The translations under genes and the position numbers were made by a program. Shown here piece after piece: positions 1-15,300 of a stretch of 64,000 bases of DNA (position 1 is its first letter; every line of letters begins with the position of its first letter). The notes below the pieces were generated by a model. The model worked only from the letters and a program-made list of their open reading frames with translations. It did not search any database and was not told the DNA's origin. Location of the stretch: positions 3,162,001 through 3,226,000 of the forward strand of contig NC_092671.1 of the NCBI RefSeq assembly GCF_964355755.1, in the 5' to 3' direction. The stretch is from Antedon mediterranea (lineage: Eukaryota > Animalia > Echinodermata).

Positions 1-246
1 TTTCATCATCTTTTTCCAATTTGATTATGACCAGGGACCGTCTATAAACATGTTTAGAAAATAAATTATTTGATTTTTGTTTAATAAACTTGTGTTGTTT
101 GCTTGAATTTGATCGATTCATTTTTTCAATTTCAGGTGAAGTAGTATCATCGGGAGCATGAAGAATTATAGTATTTCATATCTTCAACATTCCACAAGTT
201 ACAAAGGACAAAATCAATGACCCTTGACCTTCTTTATTATTTTATA

Positions 247-354
247 ATGAAGAAACAAAGAACTTTTTTAACTGCCTGTGTTTTCCTATTTATATGCTGG
301 AACCTAGGTGCATACTATGTTTTTGTGTATGGAACCAAACGAACCGAAACATTG
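247..354 (+). CDS. MGAT1: MGAT1 coding exon 1 (cytoplasmic tail + signal anchor)
   Basis: [36 protein letters not shown]|gtaagt; acceptor ttcag ends at 135; alternative in-frame ATG at 217. Confidence 0.85.
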
Positions 355-3300
355 GTAAGTACTTAATGTAAATTGTTATATTTGAAATAAAAAACAAAAA
401 TCCTTAAAAATTTGAAAAGCTGCCAAAAGCATAAATCTACGTTTAAATGCTAAGCCTGCCACCCTGTATATTTAAGCATCGTATCATCAATAAACCAATG
501 CCTATCATCATTGACCCTCTCCATCCCGTTAATTCCCACATCATTCCGTCTGGTCTACAGTACGTAGAACTTCATACACATCTAGTAAGTCAAAAGTTTA
601 ATTCTGTCCGTCTGTCAGTGTCAATACGATAAATACATGGATGGTGTCCAGAAATTATTATAATATTACTGTATTTCTATTAATGTCTAATAGTGTAGTT
701 TGTTCGCGCCTGTTAGGCAGTTATAGTCCAGAGGACGGAATCTATACAAAACAATATCAACCCAGAAGCTATTACGAAGGCTGAAAAACTGGGAATTTGT
801 AAACTCAGACATGTGCACACCCCAAATCACGTCTGGGAGAAGAGAGTCTACTGTATGAAAACATCTGATAATAATTTTCGGCACTTCAGTCGCATGAGAT
901 TGAACGGCCCATGCACATTACATGAACTAAAGATGTAGCCAAATAGAACATTTCAGGCTATTTTATGTTATATTTGTATATTTTGGTATTTAATTTTTTA
1001 TTTAATACAAAGGATTTTGATTCAAAGTCATCCTATTTTAACCCCTAAAGATGAAAAACTATTAATTGCTATGTTATTGGCAAGAAATATTCATAACTCT
1101 AATAGTAAATTCCGATTCTCATTAAAATATTCTTCACAGATGAAAGATCAATGAATATCTTCTGAAACATGACAATATTTGAAAATGTTATGAAAATATT
1201 AATAGTAATTCAAGGTAATTTGAGATGATATTGTAAGGTGTTAAGATCAATAAAGTCACTGTGGCAGATAGTTAGTTTGACTTGAATGCTGACAGTGTGG
1301 CGACTTCTAATACCAAGCTAAATTTAATTCTTAGTATATCTTTTATAAAATCAAAGAAATGTTGAAATGTCGAAATATATTCTATTAAATACAAAAAACA
1401 GCAAAATGACATTTTGATTATCCTATCAAAACTTCATGTTTTTAAAGTTTTTTACTGCTTTATCTAATATCATGGTAGAGTCCATAGGCGACAAATTCCG
1501 GACCTAACGTTTTGTTTACTACTGAGTATGGGTTGATTGTCATATTGCTACTTGTTTTTTTTATAGGAAACCCCTCTCCCCCACCTCTTTATAAGGATGT
1601 TCTATGAATAGAGGTTGGCCATAGTGTTAAAACATATATTTCTCCTCATTTTTCTCACTCTCAGGAAAGTGTCCCCTTTCGGAGTGTCCCAAAAGGAGAG
1701 ATTTATTCAGTAGGCCCTATTGCAATCGGGGAGAGTGAAATTTCACTCTTACCTGATTGCAATTAATTAAAACTGGAATGATATCTCCAATCATTTTCAA
1801 CCTTATGGTTGATTTTGAATTTCATTTTTACACACTCTACTATACAGTACAGGTATATCCAATGTCATCCTGTAAAAAGATAAACAGTATTTGTCCAATA
1901 TTTTCTACTTTTGAAAAAAATTTGTTTATATTATTTGGGTTACATGTTATACTGTAAGTTTATAGCAAATAACATAATAGCTTATAAATTGTTAACTTTC
2001 AAAAAGCTTTTATACGCGAAACAATCTTGCTTCCTCAATCCGTGATGTCTATCAAGATCTTCATTTGATTTAAGCTTATTAAATTTCATTTTAATTCATC
2101 AATGGAAATCTAATCATACAGTCCAAGTATCCAGTAATTCATTTAAGATCGATTCTGTAGCCAGAGCATCTGGGATGAAACGTTGAGACGTATCAGTTTT
2201 CGTATAACTCCTTAAAAAAACAACAAAAATCGTTTAGTTAAAAGCTAAAAATAATATTTTTATACTAAATTGATAATGTTTATATTACAGTAAAAATCAT
2301 TTTGCTTCTAAACCAGTTTGCTGTAACTTTATGATTGAGCTGAAATTTCAAAATGAAAAATAGTGAATTCTCAAGGGCCTTGTAAAATATTATTCGCAAA
2401 AACAATTTATAATCGTGAATGTTCGTATAGCGATAGTGGTGTTATTTTTCCTATCTCTGACGTCGGATCATATTGCAGATTGCAGCCCAAATATGCTTTC
2501 TTTTTTAATTGTGTACAATAAAAATAATGCATTGCATAATTGCTAACCCCAGCAAACTTTGTTTGGTTTAGCAATACCCATATTTCTTTGCCTGTCTTAC
2601 AGTACATATTTCAATATCATAAAAAAAAATCAAATCTTTTCTTTCTTTGCCAAAATGTTTTCTTAAGCTCTGTCTACAAACTACTATGTTATGTGACAAA
2701 AAAATGTGATGTGCCCATATATGAACATAATGATGTCATATCATTACCACCATATTTGGGCACATCATACTTTTTTTGTCAAACTAGTTTGATATAGTTT
2801 TGGCTTCTTCTTAAGGACTGTCTACACTATCTAGTTTGACAAAAAAGTGTGCCCAAATATGGTAGTGAAATGCTTATATGGTAGTGATATGCTTAAATAT
2901 GGTAGTGATATGCTTAAATATGGTAGTGATATGCTTCAATATGGTAGTGATATGCTTCAATATGGTAGTGATATGCTTAAATATGGTAGTGATATGTTTA
3001 AATATGGTAGTGATATGTTTAAATAAGGAAGTGATATGCTTAAATATGGTAGGGGGGCATAGACAAAATAAGTCTCTGCTTATACACAGGAAAGTAATCC
3101 TGTGCTTACAGGGAGAAATTTTAAGAAAAAAGATATTCCCCTTTAAGATGCCATTTAGTTTTTGATACACAGTGGAGTACAGCATCTGCTGATATTAACT
3201 GTACAGGTTGGTGTTTGAACGTGCACCAATACCATACTCGTTTTGCGTACACATTTTAAAAATGTTAACAGTATATAATTACACTTGTATTTTTGTATAC

Positions 3301-6300
3301 ATTTTTGTATTGTTTGTTTGAGCTTGTCAACAAAACTAATTTCCTTAATGAACCAATAAAGATTCTGTATTGTGTAAAATCCTGAATGTGCAATCATGAA
3401 GATAGTTCTAATGTACAGCACGCGATATGTAATCAACCAATCAAATGGCAGCTTGTGTATTATACAGTAGTGTTAGGGTTACTTAACTTACAGTACTATT
3501 TCAACATGCACATCATAATTGATTGCTGAAAAGAAATCATCTCTAATTATTCATTTTAATCAAAATTAATGAAATTCTGTAGGAAATGATTATTGAGATG
3601 ATTGTATTCGGAAGATAATTAATATCATGAATATTTAAGGCCTCAAAGAACTTTCATCTTCATTGATTAACGTACAGTACTGCATTCCTATCATCAGAAA
3701 CTGTAATTATTAATATTATTTTGTATTACAATTACTGTACAGTGAAATATTGCAGTTTGTACCTACAGTACGTTAATTATTTTCGTACTTATGAACCAAA
3801 CTTGCTCTATCTTAGAGAGGTTTCGTACAGCATATTAAATAATTAACTTTTATTGCCTCAACCATTGGATTGGATGTAAAGCCATTGGATTGGATGTAAA
3901 GCCATTGGTTCTGTATACAATGCATACAGTATATACAATAAAGTACACTGTTCAAAAAGAGTACAGGATTCCTTCCTTGTGTGCTGATCATTATTGGGCG
4001 CCGTTGTGGATCCATAGAGGACCTAATCAGAATTTTCTTAACAGATGCCAAATAATACACTTATGTTTATTGGATATATCAGTATCTTTTAAACAATTTC
4101 TATATTTTACAATCAAAACTTAGGTTTACAGTAAATTACATCCATGAAGTATTCTCACTAAAAGCAGTTTTAACGGTTCGTTTTAAAATTTGACATCACA
4201 TGACAAATTCTCAAATTCTAAAATTTATAGTGGGTATTAAAGTATCAATGGAACGAATAAAATGAAATATGATGGTACTGTGCATGTAGGCATGCCGATA
4301 GATCAAGCCAATATAGGGTACATTGATAATTCAGGTTTAACATTTACTGAAATACCCAAGACAAGAAATATACAAGCACAGTACTGTATGACAGTTTTAA
4401 AGCTATGTCTACACAATCAAACTAGTTTGAAAAAAAAGTGTGATGTGTCAAAATATGGTAGTGATGACATCATCATGTCCATGTATGGGAACATCACATT
4501 TTTTTGTTACATAAAGTTTGGTAGTGTAGACAGAGCTTTAAATACCTTAACATCAATCATTACGAAACAAATGTATTTTTTTATAATCAGTCAAAAAATT
4601 AATGTGTATTGTAGATACATCACGATATATAGCTACAGGTACTGTAAATTCATAATTTAACAATACCCAAAAGTGTAACTTGCAACATGATGGCAGTACA
4701 GGCAGGTATGTGCATACTGTACATCAAGCTGATAGGCTATTTTTATTTTAAGTTTTAAGTTATAATGCCCAAAACTAGAAGTAATAAAAAAAACGGTTTC
4801 ACATATCCTCTAAAATATGATGGTACTCCAGACAGGTATAGTAGTCATGCTAATACATCACGCCAATAGGCTATAAAATCTTTGAAATATGATGGTAAAA
4901 CAGGCAGATAAATGTACACTGTAAGGTGTATACTGACAACAAACCGATAGCTTTATTCATATTAAAGTTCAACATTTGCTATTAAATGCCCAAAACTGCT
5001 ACTAGTAATTCAACAAGACTTTTCAGGCCAACACATCACGCCGATAGTCTATTGAACATTTTGGATTTTTGAAATACGATGGTAAAACAGGCAGATAAAT
5101 ATACATACTGCAGTGTGCATACTGACTTCAAGCTGATGATAGCTTATTCAAATTAAAGTTTAACATTAAATGCCCAAAACTACTAGTAATTCAACAAGAC
5201 TTATTCTAAGAATCTCTGATGGTACTGCAGGCACCTAGACATACTGATATATCACGCCAATAGGCATAGTTAAACATTTGCTAAAATACCCAAAACGAGG
5301 AATTCAACGAGGTACTCCAGTTCATCGCTCATCAAGCATTGATAATTCCAGTTGCTAAAATAAGAATAATGGATTAAAACTGCGATATTTTAAGACTCAG
5401 ACAAATTTAAATCTATTTTTGAAATCTGAAGCATAATTGCTAAGATTCAATTACCCCCACATGTCCTCACTCAGCCTCTAGGGTTTAAACAATAAGAAAA
5501 TTAAATTCCAATGAAGTAATCTGCATTGTAAAGTAGGCAGATAATGACTCAAATATGCTAATTTTTCAAGGTATAAATTCAAAACATCCATAATAATATC
5601 GTAGTTGAATGATAGAGATGATAATTGCTTTAAGAAAAAAAAAATTAACAACATGATATAAGAACGTACTGTTGTCTTCAAACTATTGCGCAATATGAGT
5701 AAAATTTAAAGCCTTAAACATTCATTTTGAATACTGTAGGATGGGTTATGTCTCAGGCAGATCCCCCCTACCCCCTCCTTCTTAATTGAAATAATTGTAA
5801 TGCAAAAGATAGGACATTCGGTCAAGTTTAACTTTCCAGGTTTTAGGCCCCGAGTCCCCATTATTTAAAAATCCTGCCTCTCTCTGAGAATCATGGGAAA
5901 CTTTATTCTGCTTTTTTAGAAACCTTCTACAGTGCGGGATTTGGCTTATGGTTATTAAAACTAATACAAACTTCACACAAAAGTCACATAAAACTCACAC
6001 AATCCTCGTATAAAACTCACATAAACCTCACACAAACATCACATAAAACTCACATAAACCTCACACAAACGTCAAATAAAACTCGCACAAACTTCACATA
6101 AAATTCAAACAAACTTCACATAAAACGTCACACAAACCTCACACAGACCTCGCACAAATCTCTTCATTTATAACGCTGTTAAATATGTACTGTATGTACA
6201 GTCAGCATTTTACCTTTTATCGGTTTCCTAAACTGTTGAAAAATGTTTATAAGTACATAATTTGTCTTTCTTTTTAATCAACAGCTTTGCTGACAGTAGT

Positions 6301-9300
6301 TGTTACCATTTTCATGAGGCATTTGGTGTTTATTTGATTAATTGACTTATATATTGTTTTGTTTTTAAATTTTAGCCAGCTCCACATTTATCAGAAAGAC
6401 TGGCTCGTCTGCAGTCAGAATTAAAGGACCAAATGCAGGTGAACGAACAGTTACTACTAGATATCGAAAAAGAAAAGGCGATTTTAATACAAAGTAAGTG
6501 CAGTTTGTAATTTAATAAAGTTATTAAAATAAGCTGAACCGGGATGTTTTTGTTATATTTATGCGTAGGATATTCAGAATTGTCATTTTGTGAATTTAAT
6601 CACTATTTTTAACATGGCAATCCATAACGTGAGTTTATTCGAGGGAGCCGAGTACTAAATAATAATAATATACACTACAATAAAAACAAGTCTTTGTGAG
6701 TAGATACTTTTCTCATGATTCTGTGATTTTGATGCCCAATTGATTGTTAAAGCTCTGTCTACACTATCAAACTTTATGTGACAAAAAAATGTGATGTGCC
6801 CATATATGGACATGATGTCATCACTACCATATTTGGGGACATAACACTTTTTTTAGTCAAACTAGTTGGATTGTGTAGAGACAGATCTTTAGAATGTAGT
6901 GTAAATTAAAGCTACTATGCAACTGACATTACTGTGTAAGGTGAAAGTAAATTTGCTGTTTAAAAAAGTTATTAAGTCTAATATTGTTCTTTTTTTGCTT
7001 TAAACAAAACATTACCGTAAATATATGAAAGGTGGAATTATGACACTTTTGAAAATGTATGAAGTATATTATAGATTAGAATATTAGAATGTAATAAACA
7101 GGATGTTGTGAGTCTATATATTTTCAGCAGCTATAAAATTGAAATGTAATGTGTAATAATAATACAGATGAGAAAATGTATGAAAAATGCAAAATAGATA
7201 CAGTATTATATAGTAATGATAAAAGAGGAACGAAGGAGATGATTATTGGATGTTACATTTGGATTAAAAAGATATTATTCCCATCAATATAGATACAGAT
7301 AATATGAATGGATTCACATTTAAACAAGACGCAAAGTTATTCGTTCTTCTTTGGAAAAATATAAATTGGAATCAACATAGAACATCAACAACTCGCTACG
7401 TTACATGATTGTAATTGACACATCATTTTATCTTTTTCTCCTGACTGTCTATTTTTTCGTGACAAGTTTGAAACACATTGTTTATCATCACACTGTTGCA
7501 TTTCATACCAACAATACCATTAACAGTTAATAGCACCTTTTTTGAAGATGATTAAAAATAAAACTCTGCTTCAATACGCAGTTTTTTTAAATGGTTTTGT
7601 TTGAATTTAGTTCATCATTATGATTTTAAAATTTGTTTCCTTGTACAAAGAAAACTCGCTATACAATCTTGTTATACAATCCAATCTCAATCACTTTCTT
7701 CAAAACAATTCTTCAAATTTTCACATTCTCATCTTATCACCAACTGTTATTTTTTCCACAAACCATTTTTTTTCCACAAACCATTTTTTTTCCACCAAGC
7801 ATTTATTTTTCCCACAAACTATTTATTTTTCCCACCAAGCATTTATTTCCCCACCAACCGTTTTTCCCAACGGTACATTAAAATATCACCAAATATTCAT
7901 TTTATCACAAAGTAATATTCATTTTCCTCAACACCCGACATTTTCCTCAACCACTCATCACAACTAACACATCATAATATTTAAAAAAATTATGAAATTT
8001 TAATTTAAAGATGAATTTCCATTGCCATGTCAATTTTAACAACTCCATCAAAAAGAGATTTATGTTAATTTAATTTTTAAACCCTAACCATCTGACAGGC
8101 GATCCGTTTCATGTACAAAAACATGACAATTAGGCATATAATGCATCGGCTGATTTCTCTCTTTCATACAATTTCAAACTTCACATCAAACTTATATCTT
8201 ATTTCTGATTTTAAAATATACCATGTATCTATTGCAGATATTTATTGAGAATATGACTTGTTTATTAGTTTCTGTCAGAAGACTATGAGCTCTGTTGAAG
8301 ATAAAAATAAGTTTGAATAATAATATAATAATAAATTTGAATCTCAGAATTTAAAAAAATTTATTTTCAAATATCTTCTAAATCACAAAATCTTTATAAA
8401 ATATAGTTTAAAAAATTGCAAATATTAAAAAGAATTATTTTATGCTGTAATTTGTTTAAAAAAAATCTTTCTATATAATTACTGCATGAATACCACCTGT
8501 CTTGAATATGTGTGTGTGTATTTTTCAAAATAAATGTATGTCATATATTTCACATACATGTAAGTTTTGGTGCTGTGTCCCTATAGAAAAAGGGAACATT
8601 TGTTTAGCAGTAAAGGCAGTGAACTAGAGCATGAGTACAGGCCAAGATGTGTTGTGATAACTTCATCTACAACAACAAATCCCAAAAGTGTATACAGTGT
8701 TTTCACTGCAATTTCATCCACCTCAATTATATTCTAATGGATAAATATATTTTATACTATAAATTCATTGTTGTAATATCAATTGTAAACAAAATAATAA
8801 ATTGAATTTATTTATTTACTTTTCAGAAAAAAAGGATCAAGAAATTTTACAGTATAAGAAAAAATTAGAAGAAGAAAATAAAAAAAGAGATGAAAATAAT
8901 CTTAATATAAATAATGAATTACCAAAACCACAAAGAACTAAAAATGATTACAGTTATTCATCAGTTGTTTTACCTGTGTTATTAATAGCTTGTAATAGAC
9001 CATCTGCTGTTAAAAGGAGTTTGGACACTCTACTTAGGTAAGTTATAACTTTAAATGTATCATATCAATACTGTACAGTATTGGGTTTGGTGTACTGTAT
9101 ATCATATCAAGGCATTATAAATTGAAGCTTATTTTGATTGTTAAACCTGGATTTCTCTGAAGGTAAATTAATTTAAATGAATCGCTTGCTAAATTGATCA
9201 AAGAAAGTACCATATAATCTAAACCGGGATTTACAATACACTGATTGCAATTCCCTCAAGGTTACAACCAAGACTGGTTAACCAACAACAGTTGATTTTA

Positions 9301-12300
9301 GTGACCAGCTCAATCAATTAGGAAAATTAACCATGATAAAGTCAAATAATTAAAAAAAACTGCTATTAAGAACAAACTATATTATCTATATATAAATTAT
9401 GGTTAATTCTGACATAGGCGAGCACAATACAAAAACTTCGGTACAAATCTCCGCCTTGGATACCTACCTTATCTATCTCAGATGTACCGCGAAATGTAGA
9501 TTTGATAACATTAGTTTTCAGTTCGACGCTACTGTTCCATATATTTCTATCTCAGGAAGATATTATAAAGAGTTTTTTATAAAAATTTATGATTTCAACA
9601 GTAGATTTTCAACTCAATTTCAATTCTTCGCGCGGTCAAAGTAATTTCCGGGTTTACGATGAGTTCACCTTGCAGCAACATATACCAATACCAATCAAAG
9701 AATTTTATTGGTTGTTATAACTTTATTATCAAAATTAATTATCATTTGAGAAATTATTAATATTTATTAATCAAAAGTACAGATAATATTAAAAGATCAA
9801 GAGGAAGAGAGATTAAAATAAATTGAATCTTTACATTCCATTTATCAGGATTATATAAATTGCTACGTTTAATCCTTTCCTCCTTCTCAAGTTCAGCCAT
9901 ACTGTACCATATGTCAGAGAATATAATCCGATACCTTTCTACAGTATCAAGACATTGCTAAGCTATTGTGTAATTTATTGCTAAAGGTAGATAGGTTGAA
10001 TGTGTTCCATATTAGTAGTGCAAGATGTTATCGATCACGTTGAGCATTTATATGAATTGATGTTTTCGGAATCCAACCGAAGAGACCCATTATGGGCTAA
10101 ATGATAAACGAGGGAGAATAAGTATTACATAATAATGACAAATGTATACCAATTTCTTATTCTTAAGATATATAGCACAAATTTGAGAAAGTTGATGTGA
10201 TGTAAAAAAAGATGGTAAGCCTATAAAAAGGGATTTTGTGTTAACTTTCGCCTGTAATTTCCCAAAAAGATAAAGAAAAAAATTTGAAAATTATGGGGGT
10301 TTCTTTCAATTTATTTACCAAATAAACTGTAGAAATTTAAGAAAAATAGTATTAGAAGCCCATATAGTTTGAGAAAATTGGCTTCCGGTTGACTCATTTT
10401 TCAGAAGCTTTTGGATATATATAATTGTGAATTATGTTTTTTTGACAAAACCGAATAACTATAATTAAAACTACAAATTGCATATTCAAAGTTTGATTTT
10501 ATTCTGGGTACAGTAACTTTTAAAAATATATTTTTTTGAGTATTTTGTATCAGCATCTTGTAGAAAGTGTAATGTACACATTTGAAACTTTCCATGTTGC
10601 GTCCTGCTTATCTTAAGACAAGTAGATTTGTCTCATCTTCACTAATGCCACTTCTTTTAGATTGATTAAAGTACAACATTATAATAACACTACATTACCA
10701 TGCCTTTCAGCACATAAGACTTTATTGCCCATCAGACTATCTTTAAACAACGCTCACAAGCATGTCGTATCATCCTATAATCCTTTGCGCTCTTCCGCGT
10801 AATCTTTTCGAAAACATTTCACGTCCTATTTGTGTCTAAATTTGTTGATACGTTCTTGATGATATTCAGACGATTTTCAGATGACTTGTTGACTGATATT
10901 TCCTGCAGAGTTCGTTGATCCTTTCTTTCTTTCAAATTGTACGTCGTGGTCGAACTCATTACAATGTTGTCAACCAATCGCCACCGGCAATGAATCTTAT
11001 CATCAGTGTATAAAACGCAATTTCTAATATTACATATTTCACTCCATGTCAGTCATAAAAACGACAAGACATTAATACTGTTTCAACTTTTCATTTTTAA
11101 AAACCTGTCTATTTTGATCCAATTTGCATATTATGGCTAATTTCATCTCAACATAAAGGGACCATGTCAACATTATATTTATTTTAAACTTTATATAACA
11201 TCTTGAATATAAATAATTTTTATAGGCACCGTCCATCAGAAAAACAATTTCCAATTATAGTAAGTCAAGACTGCGGACATTTAGAAACAGAAAAGACAAT
11301 ATTATCATATGGAGATAAAGTAACTTTAATAAAGGTATGTTCTAGATAGTACTTTCTCTTCGAAAAATGTTTTCATCTGGTTTATTTCTGTATACAATTC
11401 TTTATGTTGAACCAGTAATAAATATGTGTATGTGCGACGTTTCGACTTTTCAACAAATCTTCATCTGGCAATGACTAGATGTTAGTGGTTGCTAGGAGTA
11501 GCTTTACTAGTTGTAGAACAGTGTCTCCTATTATTCTGCTTTTTCAGGTGAAATGAGTTTGTTATATATTTCACCTGAAAAGCTGCATGTTTTTTATACT
11601 TTTTTATTGTTGCCAAAATTAAACTACGAGTATTGACTTGAGAGTCTAGAGCTATGTGTGTTTTTTTTTATTCCAGCAACCAGACTTAAGCGACATCAAA
11701 GTATCTACTCAGCATAAGAAGTTTATAGGTTATTACAAAATAGCTCGTCACTATCGATGGGCTCTAAACCAGATATTCAAACAACTTAATTACGATGCGG
11801 TTATCATAGTTGAAGGTTAGAAACAATTTGTTTTTATTTTTCTTAATTTAATATAAAAGGGCACTTTTTTTCTAGAAAAGATGTTTGATTCATGGAAAGT
11901 AATATATCTCGTGGAAGCAGACTACACATGTAATTTATAATATGCGTCTTGTAATCCTAACAATATGGGTTGATTCCGGCCGGCATTTATCAATATTTAT
12001 TTTTAAGGTCCTGTTTCTGCTGCAAACAAATAACCATATAAAATTCTGTGCATAAGTTAACTCCAATTTCTTTTGGTTTATTCGGCGCTATGCAGCAGAA
12101 ACAGACCTAAGACAAAATGAAGAAATTCTTAAGTGATAAAATTAGGATTTATTTATCAAATAGTTTTTTTATGGATTAAGATTTTAAAAAACCCAAAGAT
12201 ATTTATTTTGACTAAAGCAAAATCATTTACTTTGCAAGCTTGATGTTCAAAACTTATTTCTGATGAGTTATTGGATTTTACTCAATAACAGAACATTTAG

Positions 12301-15300
12301 GTTTTTCCAGTCGCTGACTCGGCCTTGGAAAATAAAAAAAATTCCAAACTGCAATTTCGAGCCCATATCCAAAATATGACAAATGCTGTTTAAATTGTGT
12401 TAACAATCGCAGATAAATAAAAATTATTGATTCGAAATCAAAACAATAACCTCACTCTCTCTGAAACAACTGTTCGCCTAACCAATATAATATTATTCTC
12501 TTGATATTCAGGGCTTTCACCGTAAATTGACTTCTGAGTAATGTGAATTCGTAAATCAATTTTAATGCCAAGCCAAAAAGTAATATTAAATTAACAAATA
12601 AATATGTCAAAAAATCAATAATTTCATATTTCCCAATTGTCTAATTAATCAAACTTATTTCATAATGAGGTCATTAACCTGAATATTTAGGTGAATTATG
12701 AATAAAAATGTGATTGTGTTTGAATGCTAACCGTCATCAAGCGCGTCTCTCTTTAATTAGATTCCAGTAGAAATTATTCCAATGAAATATTAATAAAAAA
12801 AATGATTGATGCGCTACTGTATGTAATTGGATCTTAAATGAAATTAAGATTGCATTTTTCCTCCAGTTTCAAATGAAAATTTACTTGAAATGAAGTTTAT
12901 TTTTATGTATTTTATCACAGTAAACCGTTTATATATAGTAGAACCCCTATTAAGGGTACACCTTCAGGACCGAACAAAGTGTCCCTTAACAGGGGTATCT
13001 TCTGAATATAGGGGTTACTGTAGTGTTAAAACATAATACAATCCTAATCGTTTACATCACTGGAAAGGGTGTCTGAAAGGATAGGTGTTAAACTTTATTA
13101 TTATGCGAGCTCTGTCTACACTCTCAAACTTCATGTGACAAAGCAAATGTGATATGCCCATATATAGACTTGATGATGTCATATCACTATCATATTTGGG
13201 CATATTACTACTAGTCCAGTCAATCTAATGATATACCCACCACAAATTGCAATAGTAACAAAGCTAGTATTTTTGAATTCTATATAATGTGTAAAACGAC
13301 ATACTAAAAGTCACCGAAAATCCAAGCATTGGGTCAAGGGGTCAGAGGTCAATAAAGGTCATTTTAAGTCAAAATTAATATGCCCCATTAATTACATATA
13401 TTTAACCATTTAAAATACATTATATACAAGTGGGATTTACGTCATCCGAAAGCTTATTAAATTTCCTATTCAGTGATATCAAACTTATAGTCATAACATT
13501 TTATTTAGAATGTCATTTTTGCGGGAAAACACAACATAATGTGTCAATTTTGGCTAAAAATGTTGTTTTCGCTGTAAACAACAATGGTATACACACAGGG
13601 ATACCCTGGGGTGAACATTTCAGTTCAACGCGATACACATGACCAGTTCAAGATGCAGATGAGTGACATCTCCGTTCCTGTTGCTTCTGGATGATCTACA
13701 TTCCATTTTTTTCAGATGGCATTTGTGTTGCCATGGTTACATTATTTATATTGGGATGTATAAGTATTTTTTAACCAGTAGAAATACAAAGATGTTCAAC
13801 AGCAGTTTGACAATGACCTCCATGTTGTATGACGTTCGGACCACCTGGGGTGGATTGTCAACAGACCTGGTGATTTAAAAAGTTTCTATGAGAAGCCTCA
13901 AAGAAAACCAGAGGTTTGACAAGAGAATATAGAAATGCGTACATCCAGACCAAATCTGCGCTGAAATGTATGTAATGCCTTGTAATAGTATCAGGGCGTT
14001 ACTCCAGCAGTGGCCAACATAAGACCTTATGTTCACACGTCAGGAACACAATGGCAATTGAAAAATCCATTTTGGTTACGACTCAGAGACTTCATACCAT
14101 TGACACGGGAGTTACTGCAGGTGACTCGGAATATTAGCAATGTGGTATTAAGCATTGAATATTTTGGCCAGAAAGTCTTGCAATGTATTCAAGATCCTGG
14201 CAATAAAGTCATAATGTGTCACGTGTGCATCAATCCTACAGTTCCAGAGGAGACTCGAGGTGACTTTGTTATCCACCACCACTTTTTGAAACTACCAACT
14301 TATAATACTTTCAGCTATTAAACCAACATGATGCCACGTGGAAACAACTTCTTCTGAATAGTCTAATACATCCAACTCACTGAATGATGTCCAGTAGGCC
14401 TACATTTTAGATGGTAGTGCTCTACTGCACAGCATTCCATGGAATAGTGTAGAGATCTGTAAAAAATATTGCTCTGCATAGTCTTTGATAATTATGAAAG
14501 CGGCTCATCCACCAAAGACGGCGCACATGGTAAGGCGGGTCAGGTGGTAGTGTCCCTGTACATTTTACCAGTGACATGTTCCACAAAATAGGATCACTTT
14601 CTGTAACAAACAACAATTTATAATTCTTCGTAACTAGTATTTGAACAACATGGCAATGAGTGAATGCAGCTGCTGATGCAGATGTTCTTTCGGATAGTAC
14701 AAAAAACCATTGAATCAGCAAACAGGAAAACATCTGTCATTATCCGATGACACGAATCTACTAGTGCTCCTCTGCAGTAAAGCATTTAAAACATCTTGTG
14801 ATATTCTTTGAGATGCTGGACAATCAAACTGGTTCAAACAGTACATTGAGAGACATCTGTGATAACCTTCTGTTTGCTCATGCGATACTGGTGACACAAC
14901 ATCCAGAGTTTTCGGAATTGGAAAACAAGTGGCTCTAAAAAAAGCTTGTCATTGCACTTATTTCTGAAATTATGCTGTAGTCTTCAGATGCAAACAAGCT
15001 ACAAAGGATGACATTGTGGTTGCTAGAGAAAATGGTTTAGTGCGTCTGTACAATGGACTGACTACCTGGACAACGTGGAATGCCTTTGACTCCATCCCAT
15101 CTACAAGTACAACCTCGCATATCGCCAACTTCATAATCGTACCACAACCAAGGTACTTAACATCATGTTCAAGTTCCAAGTTATCTTTTAGCAATGGAGT
15201 GGGGTTGATATGTGTACCGAGGATTGGGGATGGAAGATCAGATGATGGAAACATGGTTCCTCTACAGACTTAAAGCCAGAATCTGAGTATCTCCTTGAAG

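Noticed and set aside
2874-3185. ORFs with FKHITTI / NMVVICL repeats
   Set aside because: Translations of the 21-bp MITE-derived minisatellite, not genes.
4262-4660. 132-aa ORF
   Set aside because: Runs through a tandem array and a MITE; the same KKKCDV/KYGSD peptides recur in other MITE-overlapping ORFs.
7601-7967. Three overlapping ORFs
   Set aside because: Caused by a stop-poor T/C-rich minisatellite.
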